This document shows positions 43,527-52,738 of a DNA stretch of 64,000 bases, piece after piece (the stretch's first letter is position 1; each line of letters begins with the position of its first letter). The notes beneath the pieces were generated by a model. The model ran no database searches, had not been told where the DNA came from, and saw only the letters and a list, made by a program, of their open reading frames with translations. The translations under genes and the position numbers were made by a program. Source of the DNA: Deltaproteobacteria bacterium (GTDB lineage Bacteria > Myxococcota > Kuafuiibacteriia > Kuafuiibacteriales > Kuafuiibacteriaceae); assembly GCA_040218735.1 (NCBI GenBank), contig JAVJQW010000048.1, positions 64,001 through 128,000 of the forward strand, written 5' to 3'.

Positions 43527-45413
43527 TCAGAAGTTGTAGCGCACCTCCGAATACACGCCGGACAGCTTGCGGAACGTCGTCATCTTCGTGCCGTCCTGAG
43601 CCACGCCGAGCTGGCCGCCGAGGGCAAACGTCCAGTCGTCGAACCAGCGCTCCGCGTACTCCACCCGCAGGAGGTGATCCGTCGGGTGGGTGATGTCCAT
43701 GAGGTCGGAGATCTCGACGCGCGCATCCACGTCGTTGTTGAGCGCCCAGCGCAGCCCGTAGACCACGTGGTTCGAGAAGAAGCGCGAGGTGTCGTCCGGC
43801 GGGATGTCGTCGGTGAACAGCTCGCTGTCCGTGTCGCCGAACAGCTCCGCGACCAGCGTGAGGTTCGTACCGAAGAGGTCGTCGATGTTGTGCTCGACGC
43901 CGGCGACCCACCCGATGCGGTGGCCGGGCAAGAGGATCGGCGCGGCCATCGCGCCGCTGTCGAGGCGGATCGGCGGACGGTCGGTCTGCGCCGTGCGCTG
44001 GTGCCAGATGGACGAGACCTCCACCTTCACCGCGGTCTGCCCGAACAGCACCTGCGTCTCGAGGCTCCCGTGGTGCACGAGCGGGAACACCAGGCTGTTG
44101 GTCGCCTGGTGTGCGATCGGCGTGCGGCGGTAGCCGTAGAAGTAACTCGCGCGCACGTCGACGCGGTGGAACGCGAGCGCGAGCCGCGCGGCGCCTTGCG
44201 GGTGCCACGCGCCGAGCTCGGATCCGTAGATGATGTTCCCGTACGAGGCCTCGTCGAGCACCGTTGCGTCGTAGGGAGAGAACGGCGACGACGGCGGCGC
44301 GAAGCGCGGCGCGACGAACGGCGTCATGTACAGGATCGTGAGCGAGTGGTTGTCGAGGAAGAACCGCGTCGACAGCATCGGCTGACCGATCTTCGGCGCG
44401 TCGGCGTAGCCCTCGGAGAAGTCGCGGGCGTTGATGATGTCGGCGATGTTGATCGTGGAGGCCGAGCCCCAGGTCAGCGCGTCGAACCCCACGCGCACTT
44501 CGTAGGCGTCGGTCGCGTACTCGACGAACCCTTCCTCGACCATCGCGCGGTGGAGGCGCGGCTCGATCACGCTCATCTCGATGCGGGGGAGCAGGCGGAG
44601 GCGGAGGCCGTTGCCGGTCCGTCCGGTGAGCGTGGGGCGCAGCCCGACCTTCGCGAAGTTGCGGCTCTTCTCCGCTTCGAGGTCGCCGTGGAAGAAGCCG
44701 CGGTAGGTCGTGCTCGCGTAGCCGCGGAGCGTCCAGTCGAAGCCGAGCAGGTGCAGCGCGTCGGGCTCCGGCGCGGTGAGGTCTTCGACGGCGACCGAGA
44801 CGCCGGGGTCCTCGCCGAAGAACGCTTCTTCGTCGTCGGAGGCGAACGTGGCGGGTTCGTCGTCGAAGAAGTCGGCTTCTTCGTCGGAGCTGAACGTCGC
44901 CTCGGGTTCCGGCGCGGTCGCGACCATTGGCGACGGTGCGAAGTCCGGCTGGGCGGCGGTCGCGAGGTGCGAAAGCACGCCGAAGCCGATGATCCGACCG
45001 CGCTCGCGTGCTTCGCGTCGCGGGTCGTCGTAGCGGGCGGAGGTGGTCTTGACCACGACGCCGTCGGCGCCGCGGATCAGGCGTGTCTTCGCGACCCACC
45101 CGCGTCGGCGTTTGTGGATCGAGACGTCGATGACGTACGCCGCGCCGAGGCGTCGCGCGGCGCGCCCCAGGTTATTGGCGCTCGAGCGCTTCTTCCTCGG
45201 GACCCGCAGCTTCCGCATCGTGCGCGCCACGCGCCGGTGCGGGAGCACCGCGACGTCGCCGTCACGGAGCGCGTCGCGGATCCCGCGCATCAGCGCTTTC
45301 GGATAGGCCCGACGCGGCGCGCGTTGTTTGGTGATCGCGACTCGGAGCTCGGCCGCCTCCGCGGGGGCGGCGGCGACGAGCGCGAGCACCAAGACGGCGG
45401 CCGCCGAGCGCAT
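43527..45413 (-). CDS. Outer-membrane beta-barrel protein (DUF1302-like) with basic N-terminal domain
   Basis: Signal peptide from ATG 45413; 'GFDALTWG...NIADIINARD' motif; C-terminal 'EVRYNF' with terminal Phe. Confidence 0.7.
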   Translation of the reverse strand: MRSAAAVLVLALVAAAPAEAAELRVAITKQRAPRRAYPKALMRGIRDALRDGDVAVLPHRRVARTMRKLRVPRKKRSSANNLGRAARRLGAAYVIDVSIHKRRRGWVAKTRLIRGADGVVVKTTSARYDDPRREARERGRIIGFGVLSHLATAAQPDFAPSPMVATAPEPEATFSSDEEADFFDDEPATFASDDEEAFFGEDPGVSVAVEDLTAPEPDALHLLGFDWTLRGYASTTYRGFFHGDLEAEKSRNFAKVGLRPTLTGRTGNGLRLRLLPRIEMSVIEPRLHRAMVEEGFVEYATDAYEVRVGFDALTWGSASTINIADIINARDFSEGYADAPKIGQPMLSTRFFLDNHSLTILYMTPFVAPRFAPPSSPFSPYDATVLDEASYGNIIYGSELGAWHPQGAARLALAFHRVDVRASYFYGYRRTPIAHQATNSLVFPLVHHGSLETQVLFGQTAVKVEVSSIWHQRTAQTDRPPIRLDSGAMAAPILLPGHRIGWVAGVEHNIDDLFGTNLTLVAELFGDTDSELFTDDIPPDDTSRFFSNHVVYGLRWALNNDVDARVEISDLMDITHPTDHLLRVEYAERWFDDWTFALGGQLGVAQDGTKMTTFRKLSGVYSEVRYNF

Positions 45414-48400
45414 CAGTACACGCCGCTCCCGGCGCGCGGACGCAGCGCACGCTCTGCGGGGGTGGCCGGCGCGCGTCGCCAGTGCGCGATCTTCAGGGCG
45501 GCCGGAAGGAGCGTCAGGTCGAAGATCAACCCGAACACCAGGATGCTCGCCGACATCGAGCCGAACTTCGCGGACACCTTGTAGTCGGCGAGCATGAAGA
45601 TCGAAAAGCCGACGACGAGGATGATCGTCGTGAAGAGCATCGCCTTGCCGCTGTGGTGCATCGCTTCGAGGACGGCGGCGTCGTGGTCTCCGCTGCGCTC
45701 GCGCGCGGTGCGGTAGCGCGCCATGAAGTGCAGCGTGTCGTCGACGACGATCCCCATCGCGACGCAACACGAGACGATCGCCGAGATGTCCATCGTCTGC
45801 CCGCGCACCGCGATGAGCCCGAGCATGACGCCGACCGGGAGGACGTTCGCGATGCACGCCGGCAGCCCGATGCGGAAGGAGCCCGCCGCGAGGAGCACGA
45901 GGAGGGAGATGACCAGGACCGCGGAGCCGACGTTCTTCACGAAGCCCGCCGCGATCTCCGTGACCGTGTTCGTCACGAGCCAGCTCTTGGAGGTGATCGT
46001 GAGCTCGAGGCCCGGCACGTTCGTCGCCGCCCACGCGTCGAGCCGATCGCCCCACGCGAGCAGCCACGTGCTGGTCTGGCTCTCGAGCCGCAGGTCCAGC
46101 ACCGTCGCGGCCTCGTCGGAGCTGACGCGGTGGCTGAGGTTGCGCCCGGCTTCGAGGCTGAACGTGAACGCGTCGTAGTGCGCGGAGATCGTTTCGTCGT
46201 CCTCGGGCAGGCGATAGGACGCCGGTTCGTCCTGGTGCATGACGCGGTTCATGCGGCGGTGGATGTCGGTGAGGCTCACGACCGACTTCACCTCGGGCAT
46301 CGCTTCGAGGTGCGCTTCGAGGGCGGCGACGGCTTCGAGGTGCTCCGCGCTGCGGACGCCGCCGGGGGTCTTCGTGTCGGCGACGATCTGAAGTCCGTAG
46401 GCGCCGGAAAGCTCGCGTTCTTCGATGAGGTTGGTCGCGATGAGGATCGGTGCGTCGTCGCGGAACGCGCCGAGCTCGCTCGCTTCGAAGCGGAGGTCGG
46501 AGAGGCCGACGAGGGCCAGCACGATCGCTCCCGCGCCGACGGCGAGGATCGGGCTGGTGTTGTGGTTGACCCACCGGCCGAAGGCACCGAGGGCACGGTC
46601 GACGACGCCGTCGAAACGCGCGAGCCACGGTCGTTCGATGGCGGCCTTGGGCACGGGCAACAGGCCGAGCAGCGCGGGCATCAACGTGAACGAGAGGACA
46701 AACGCGGTGAGCACGCCGATGCCCGCGATCCACCCGAACGTCGCGACCGGCACGACCTTGCTCGTGCACAGCGAGAAGAAACCCAGGCTCGTCGACGCCG
46801 ACGTCCACAGGCACGGCATGAAGTTGTCGCGCACCGCGTGCTCGGTCGCGAGGGGCACCGAGTCTCCGCCGCGCAGGCGATCGGCGTAGGTGTTGAAGAG
46901 GTGCACGGCGTCGCCGATGCACGCGGCGAGCACGACCTGTGGGCCGACCACGGTCATGTTGTTGAGCGACGCGCCGAGGTGCCCGGCGAGGCCCATCGAG
47001 AACCCGATCGCGGCGACGACGAGGCCCAGCGGGACGAGCAACCCGGCGGGGCGTCGGTAGACCACGATCAGCATGATCGCGAGGACCGCGAAGAAGAGCG
47101 GGAGCAGCCGGTCGATTTCCCGCTGCGCGTACTCCTCCATCACCGTCTCCTGCACGATGCTCCCCGTGAGGTGTACGCCGAAGCCGGTCTCGGCCTTGGC
47201 CTCGTCGATCACGGCGCGCAGGTCGTTCGTCACGCGCTTCGAACGCTCCAGCGCGCCGTCGTCGCTCGGCTGGTGCACCGCGACGACGAAGAGCGTCGCG
47301 TCGAGCGCCGGATTCAACACCGCGCCGAAGGCCGGCGGATCCGGCGGGCGCGTCATCAGGTGCTGTAGCTCGGCGATGCGTCGCGGCTGCATCGGGAGCG
47401 CGAGCGGGGAGGGCCGTGTCCGCGCGAACGTCGTGAGGAGCTCGCGCGCTTCGCGCGGGCCCTCGATCTCGGCGGCGAGTGCCTCGGCGAGATCCGGCGC
47501 GATGAACACGTCGCCGTAGGGGGCGAGCGCATCCTGGGTCGCGGGGAACGCGGCGACGAATGCGGCCGTGGTCATGCGCGGATCGGTCGGCGGCGCGACG
47601 GCGGCGCTCACGCTGAAGGCGTCGTCGGACGGCATCTCCAGGTGGCTGGTCTGGTCGGGGTGCAGGTAGACCTCGGCGGCGTCGATCTCGGCGCCCTCGG
47701 GATCGAAGAGGCGGATCGCGGCGGCCGTCGTGCAGGTCGGCGTGGTGCGTTCCCAGTCGCAGTACTGACCTGCGCCGCAGCCCGCGTCGCAGGCGGTCGG
47801 CGCCGCGATCGCGATGTCTTCGAAGCGCGCGGAGGCCCCGGCGGCGATCGCGCCGAGCTCGCGCTCGCCGATGCGCGCCACGACGTCGAAGCGGAAGCCG
47901 TTGGTGATCGCGACGGCGGCGCGCTCGTCGCCGGAGGGTGCGCGGTCGACGAAGGTCTTCGCGGGCGTGCGGCGGTGACGGGCCACGACCTCGCCGCGTT
48001 CGAAGACGTACAGATCGCCGTCGTCGCCGAGCGTGTAGAGGCGGTCGCCTTCCAGCGCGACGCGGCGGACGGGGGCGCGGTGGAAGGGGAGCACCGTCCG
48101 TTTGCCGTGGGCGAGGAGTGTGACGTCGCGGTCCCGAGATCCCGTGACGATGCGGTCGCCGTGGACGGCGATGTCGGTGATCCAGTCGCGGTGCAAGATC
48201 TCTTGCGCGACGACGTCGTCGCGGATGGTGTGCAGCGCGCCGTCCGCCGTCCCGACGTAGAGCGCGCCGTCTGCGGCGGCGACGGCGATCGCGGGGGCGC
48301 GCGCGTCGTAGACGAGCTGGGACGTCGCGCCGTGGGCGTAGACGCGGCCGTCGTCGTGGGCGGTGTAGAGGGTGCCGTCGTCGACCGCGACGTCGAGGGC

Positions 48401-49219
48401 GGGGCGGTCGTTCGCGAAGGTGCGGACACGGGTGAAGTCGGCGTCGTAGACGGAGACCCCGTTGGCGACGACGAAGAGCTGCTCATCGGCGACGATGTGT
48501 GTGACGAAGCCGTCGGCCTCGCGGCGCAGGCGTTCCTTCGCGCCGTCGCGGGTGTAGGCGACGAACGCGTCGAGGGTGCCGACGAGGAGCGCGTCGTCGG
48601 TGAGCGCGAGCGCGGAGATCGGGTCCCGCAGGCGCACTACGCGCTGGACACCCTCGTGCACGTTCCAGACGCGGACGCTGCGATCGAGCGCCGCGGAGTA
48701 GAGGGTCGCGCCGTCCGCGACGAGGTGCTCGACGACGCCGGTGTGCCCCTCCAGCCGTTCGTGCCGACCGTCCTCGAAGAACACGTCGATCGCGCCGTCG
48801 TCGCCGGCTGCCGCGACGAACCCCGCCCCGAACGCGAGCGCAGCCGATTCGTGCTCCACGCGGTTGGCGCGCGCCACGGAGAAGTTGGTGAGCGCGTCGA
48901 CCCGTTTGACGCCATCGATCTGCCACAGCCGATCCGCGAGGCCCTGGATCGCGGCGAGCGCTCCGTTGTGGAAGAGCGATTCGTCGTCCGTCAGCATCAC
49001 CAGCGCGGTGTCGTCGCTGCCGAACCGGGCGAGGAGCTCGTCGTACTTCGCGAGGTGCTCCGAGTCTTCCTCGAACCAGATGCGGTAGGTCGTGTCGTAC
49101 TCGAGCCGCGCAAACCCCGTCGCCGCCAGCACCAGGACCACCGCCACGACGCCCAGCACGATCCAGCGCCGCGCGAGAATCGTGTGGGTGTAGCGGGTGA
49201 GTAGGTGTGTAGTTTTCAT
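45413..49219 (-). CDS. MMPL/RND family transporter with inserted WD40 beta-propeller
   Basis: Two TM bundles with 'IGDAVHL' and 'GIVVDDTLHF'; WD40 motifs 'GHTGVV...DRSVRVWN' and 'HRDWITD...GSRDRDV' in the first periplasmic loop. Confidence 0.88.
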   Translation of the reverse strand: MKTTHLLTRYTHTILARRWIVLGVVAVVLVLAATGFARLEYDTTYRIWFEEDSEHLAKYDELLARFGSDDTALVMLTDDESLFHNGALAAIQGLADRLWQIDGVKRVDALTNFSVARANRVEHESAALAFGAGFVAAAGDDGAIDVFFEDGRHERLEGHTGVVEHLVADGATLYSAALDRSVRVWNVHEGVQRVVRLRDPISALALTDDALLVGTLDAFVAYTRDGAKERLRREADGFVTHIVADEQLFVVANGVSVYDADFTRVRTFANDRPALDVAVDDGTLYTAHDDGRVYAHGATSQLVYDARAPAIAVAAADGALYVGTADGALHTIRDDVVAQEILHRDWITDIAVHGDRIVTGSRDRDVTLLAHGKRTVLPFHRAPVRRVALEGDRLYTLGDDGDLYVFERGEVVARHRRTPAKTFVDRAPSGDERAAVAITNGFRFDVVARIGERELGAIAAGASARFEDIAIAAPTACDAGCGAGQYCDWERTTPTCTTAAAIRLFDPEGAEIDAAEVYLHPDQTSHLEMPSDDAFSVSAAVAPPTDPRMTTAAFVAAFPATQDALAPYGDVFIAPDLAEALAAEIEGPREARELLTTFARTRPSPLALPMQPRRIAELQHLMTRPPDPPAFGAVLNPALDATLFVVAVHQPSDDGALERSKRVTNDLRAVIDEAKAETGFGVHLTGSIVQETVMEEYAQREIDRLLPLFFAVLAIMLIVVYRRPAGLLVPLGLVVAAIGFSMGLAGHLGASLNNMTVVGPQVVLAACIGDAVHLFNTYADRLRGGDSVPLATEHAVRDNFMPCLWTSASTSLGFFSLCTSKVVPVATFGWIAGIGVLTAFVLSFTLMPALLGLLPVPKAAIERPWLARFDGVVDRALGAFGRWVNHNTSPILAVGAGAIVLALVGLSDLRFEASELGAFRDDAPILIATNLIEERELSGAYGLQIVADTKTPGGVRSAEHLEAVAALEAHLEAMPEVKSVVSLTDIHRRMNRVMHQDEPASYRLPEDDETISAHYDAFTFSLEAGRNLSHRVSSDEAATVLDLRLESQTSTWLLAWGDRLDAWAATNVPGLELTITSKSWLVTNTVTEIAAGFVKNVGSAVLVISLLVLLAAGSFRIGLPACIANVLPVGVMLGLIAVRGQTMDISAIVSCCVAMGIVVDDTLHFMARYRTARERSGDHDAAVLEAMHHSGKAMLFTTIILVVGFSIFMLADYKVSAKFGSMSASILVFGLIFDLTLLPAALKIAHWRRAPATPAERALRPRAGSGVY

Positions 49220-49244
49220 CGGCGTTCGAGTGACGAGGTTACGA

Positions 49245-49260
49245 AGCAACTCGGGGGCCA
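49245..49260 (-). promoter_or_regulatory. Putative sigma54 (-24/-12) promoter of the MMPL gene
   Basis: Minus strand TGGCCC-CCGAG-TTGCT, 25 nt upstream of ATG 49219. Confidence 0.55.
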
Positions 49261-49346
49261 AGCCGTGCCGACCGCCAACTACGCGAAATGGAGCGGAGAA
49301 GATCGGGGCACGTGCACCACACGCGGGACACGTGCGCCCCGCGGCG

Positions 49347-50129
49347 TCACTGACGCTGGAGCTGGGCGACCGTGAACATCCGGTCGGGGAGGTCGATGCC
49401 GAGCTGATAGCCGCCGCTCGTGACGACCGTCTTGCGCTTGGTCTGCACGTTCTTGATCTGCGATTTACTCGGGCGCCACTTCCCCTTCACGCGCTGGTAC
49501 CCCTTCACGAGCATCGTCTTCAGCGGCTTCCCGGCGCGGTCGTAGAACTCGGTCTTGAGCGGGTAGCCGGCCTTCTTGTCGTAGTACGTCACGGTGCGGG
49601 AGTAGCCGCTGTCCGCGAACTTCGGGCGCGCCTCGACCTTCCAGGTGTCGCGTTTGCCCAGCCGGTGGTCGCCAAGGAGCCGGTAGTCGTACTTGTCGAG
49701 CGCTTCGAGCGTCATGTCCTCGTAGCTGACCTCGCTGCCCTTGAACGACGCGCTCATGCTCCCGCTCCCGATCTGTTTCACGCGGCGCGTCTCGGCCATG
49801 TAGAGCCAGCGGCTCTCCTGGCCGTTCTTCTGCTCGTGGGTGAGGAGCGCCGTGCCCTTGGCGTCGGCGGGGCCCGTGAAGCGCACCAGGCTCTTCGTGG
49901 TGCCGTCGCTCTGCTTCGCGCCCTCGCGGTTGAAGGTCATCAGCTGGTACTCGGCCACGCGCTCGCCGTGGGCGTCGTACAGCTCCATCTTCGAGGCGAA
50001 GCGCTCTCCGCCGAAGCCGACGCTACTGATCTCGTGGGCGCGCTTCGCGATCTCGTAGGCCGAGGGGGCGGTCTTGGTGGTCGCGGCGGGGGCGGCGAGC
50101 AGGGTCAGGACGAGGGCATGGTTCAACAC
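49347..50129 (-). CDS. Outer-membrane lipoprotein-sorting (LolA-like/DUF1329) protein
   Basis: AAAGGAG Shine-Dalgarno, signal peptide, 'RFTGPADAKGTALL', 'RWLYM...RRVKQI', 'FKGSEVSYEDM', 'EFYDRAGKPLKT'. Confidence 0.88.
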   Translation of the reverse strand: MLNHALVLTLLAAPAATTKTAPSAYEIAKRAHEISSVGFGGERFASKMELYDAHGERVAEYQLMTFNREGAKQSDGTTKSLVRFTGPADAKGTALLTHEQKNGQESRWLYMAETRRVKQIGSGSMSASFKGSEVSYEDMTLEALDKYDYRLLGDHRLGKRDTWKVEARPKFADSGYSRTVTYYDKKAGYPLKTEFYDRAGKPLKTMLVKGYQRVKGKWRPSKSQIKNVQTKRKTVVTSGGYQLGIDLPDRMFTVAQLQRQ

Positions 50130-50282
50130 GGGGTGGGGGCTCCTTTCGTCCGCCGAGTATGTGCGTCCGATGTGCCCGAAATGAAGGCGCGTGCGCGTAG
50201 TCGTCGAACGACCGTCGGTCGGCGGTGAGGCATCGCCGCCACGTTGACACCGCCTCCGAGTACGCGGCCCCCTGATCTCGTG

Positions 50283-52685
50283 GTGAAGAGGAACGTCGCC
50301 GCCGCCTTGCTTCTGTTGTCGTCGTCGTGGGGCTGCGCGGACGATGGTTTCGAAGAGGACGTGGCCGGGATCGCGCGCCTCAGCGTGCTGCAAGTCGGCT
50401 TGCTCGCGAACGTGATCGCCGAAGACGACCGCTGCGGCTTCGACGCGGCCGCGGTGCGCGACGCGGTCGAGGTCACGGGCGCGTACGGCGAACGCGGTAC
50501 GGCGGTCTATCGCGTCGACGACTGCGCGCTCGGCTTCGACGCGATCGAGACGGTGCTCGACGGCTGCGGTGCGGAGCCCGTGCGCCTCTCGGGGCGTGCG
50601 CGCGTCACGGCCACGCTCGAGATCGACGGCACGGTCACGGATCGCGCGAGTGATCCGATCATCCCGGCGGGGCCCGACGCTGCGAAGATCGTACTGGAGC
50701 AAGTCGTCTTGCAGGGCTTCACGGCGCGCTTCGAGTCGCGGAACGCCGAGCTCGTGATGCGCGAGGGGACACTCTCGGCGATCGTGCGACCGCGCCTCGC
50801 GAAGGGGAAGGACACCGCGTTCTGCTCCGTGCCCACGCCGGACGCCGCGGTGACGAGCCTCGTCTACGACGGTGCAAGTCTACTTGCGCGCGAGAAGGGT
50901 GAAGCGGTGGTGTTCGTCTCGTCGTCGGATCTGCGCGGGCAGATCGGGCGCGGCGCCAACAGTGAGAACAGCTTCGGCGGGACGATCTCCATCGGCGGTC
51001 AGACCTTCGACCTCCCCGGCGACGTCTCCCCCGCGCTCGACGACGGCTACGACCGAGAAGACTTCGTGTCGCGGTTCGCTTGCGATGAAGAGCTCGCGAC
51101 CCCCGTCCAGTACGACTGCGCGTGCGAGGGCAACGCGTGCCACCCCGACGCCCCCGTCGCGGACGGCGTCGCGCGCCTGGTGCCGCTGACGTTCGCGCAC
51201 GTGGTGCGGATGATCGACGAGGACGACCGCTGCGGCTTCGCCGCGATCACGCCCAGCTACGACGCCGAAGTCGGCCAGCAGGGCACGGCGACGTACGTGT
51301 TGCCGTCGTGCACGCTCGACCAACCGATCGAACGCGAGCCGGACTGCCACGACGTGAGCACCTCGATCTCCGGGCGCGTCGTCGTCTCCGGGCAGCGCAC
51401 GGTGTACGGCTACCTCACCGGTGACTTCGAGGGGGACCCGGTGGTTCCCACGCGCGCGGACGCGGCGGCCTTTTCGCTGTCGATCGAGCTGACGGACTTC
51501 TACGTCCGCACTTCCTCGGACACGCCGGCGCTGCGGATCCGTCGCGGGACGCTGACCGGCACGATGCGTCCGCGGCTCGCGCTCGACCCCGAGGAAGGGG
51601 CGTGCATCCGCGCGACGCACCACGCGGCGTTCGAGGGGCTCGAGCTGGTGAATGCGGAGGTAGAGATCATCGATGACCACGAGAGCTTCCCGCTCACCGT
51701 GGGGCGCCTCTCGCTCGACGCGGTCGCAGGGACGCTCGGCGATCGCACGAACACCCTCGCGGGGACGCTCATCTCCGGCGACCAGACCTTCGCGGTGCCG
51801 TCCGACGACGGCGGCCTGGATCCGGACTTCGACGCCGCGCACTTCGACGCGGGCTTCACGTGTGAGGACCTCGAGTGGCCGACGCCCCCCGAAGCGTGTT
51901 CGTTCCGACAGCGCCTCGGGCCCGAGGTTGCCCGTGCGATCGCGGCGGTCATGGCCACCGCGACGGGGCGGGTGGTCGAAGATGACATCTGCGGCGTCGA
52001 GTCGGCCGCCGCGCAGGTGAGCATGACCGGCGCGGAGGGGGGCAACGGCACGGTGACCGCGAACGTCGCGGCGTGCACGCTCGAGGAGTCGAGCCTGGAA
52101 GCGGTCGGCGACGACTGCCACCGCGACCGCACCTACGTCGGCGGTCGCGTGACGTTGTCCGGCACCCACGACGCGACGGGGATCATCGTTCGCGAGTCCG
52201 GGCGAACCACCGTCGAGCCGCGCACGCGCGAGCCGTACCTCGACGCGTTCGACGCGACGTTCGACGGGTACCGCCTGTGGACGTTGTCGCGTGATGTGCC
52301 GACGCCGCGGATCGAGATCGAGCTGGCGAGCGGCTCGGGGCACATCGAGCTCGTGCGGGTGATGGGGGAGAACGAAGAGGCGCCGGGGGTCTATGACGTG
52401 CCGACGCCGATCGCGGTGGTCCCGCGGGTCACCGCGTCGAACGTGGAGGCGATCGTCGCGAGCGAGGGCCGACATTTCGCCGTGCACGTCGATGCCGCCG
52501 AGCTGGAGGTGGCGTCCGGGATCTACCAGGGCGTCGGGAACTACATCCGCGGCTTCGTGACGATCGACGGCGAGCGTGTCGCGCTGGGGCCCGACACGCC
52601 GCTCGACGACACCTACGACCAGACGATCTTCGACAGCTCCTACGCTTGCGCGCCCGAGCTGCTGGAGCCCGTTCCGCCGAACTGA
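50283..52685 (+). CDS. Hypothetical lipoprotein of three ~250-aa Cys-patterned repeats (paralogue of 37712-40852)
   Basis: Signal ending 'SWGC'; repeats 'DDRCGF...C...PRLA...C..PTP...N...GT...LD.DYD...F.C'. Confidence 0.8.
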   Translation: MKRNVAAALLLLSSSWGCADDGFEEDVAGIARLSVLQVGLLANVIAEDDRCGFDAAAVRDAVEVTGAYGERGTAVYRVDDCALGFDAIETVLDGCGAEPVRLSGRARVTATLEIDGTVTDRASDPIIPAGPDAAKIVLEQVVLQGFTARFESRNAELVMREGTLSAIVRPRLAKGKDTAFCSVPTPDAAVTSLVYDGASLLAREKGEAVVFVSSSDLRGQIGRGANSENSFGGTISIGGQTFDLPGDVSPALDDGYDREDFVSRFACDEELATPVQYDCACEGNACHPDAPVADGVARLVPLTFAHVVRMIDEDDRCGFAAITPSYDAEVGQQGTATYVLPSCTLDQPIEREPDCHDVSTSISGRVVVSGQRTVYGYLTGDFEGDPVVPTRADAAAFSLSIELTDFYVRTSSDTPALRIRRGTLTGTMRPRLALDPEEGACIRATHHAAFEGLELVNAEVEIIDDHESFPLTVGRLSLDAVAGTLGDRTNTLAGTLISGDQTFAVPSDDGGLDPDFDAAHFDAGFTCEDLEWPTPPEACSFRQRLGPEVARAIAAVMATATGRVVEDDICGVESAAAQVSMTGAEGGNGTVTANVAACTLEESSLEAVGDDCHRDRTYVGGRVTLSGTHDATGIIVRESGRTTVEPRTREPYLDAFDATFDGYRLWTLSRDVPTPRIEIELASGSGHIELVRVMGENEEAPGVYDVPTPIAVVPRVTASNVEAIVASEGRHFAVHVDAAELEVASGIYQGVGNYIRGFVTIDGERVALGPDTPLDDTYDQTIFDSSYACAPELLEPVPPN

Positions 52686-52738
52686 CGCGCGTCCAAAAGG
52701 CTCGCGAATCGGTCCGCGGGCTGCCAGTATCCCGCCCG

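Noticed and set aside
45414-46922. N-terminal extension of the listed 43527..46922 ORF
   Set aside because: Arg-rich shadow translation overlapping the MMPL gene. The signal peptide begins at ATG 45413.
49305-49340. GC hairpin between the LolA-like and MMPL genes as an intrinsic terminator
   Set aside because: Imperfect stem and no U-tract on the coding strand. At most an mRNA-stabilising structure.
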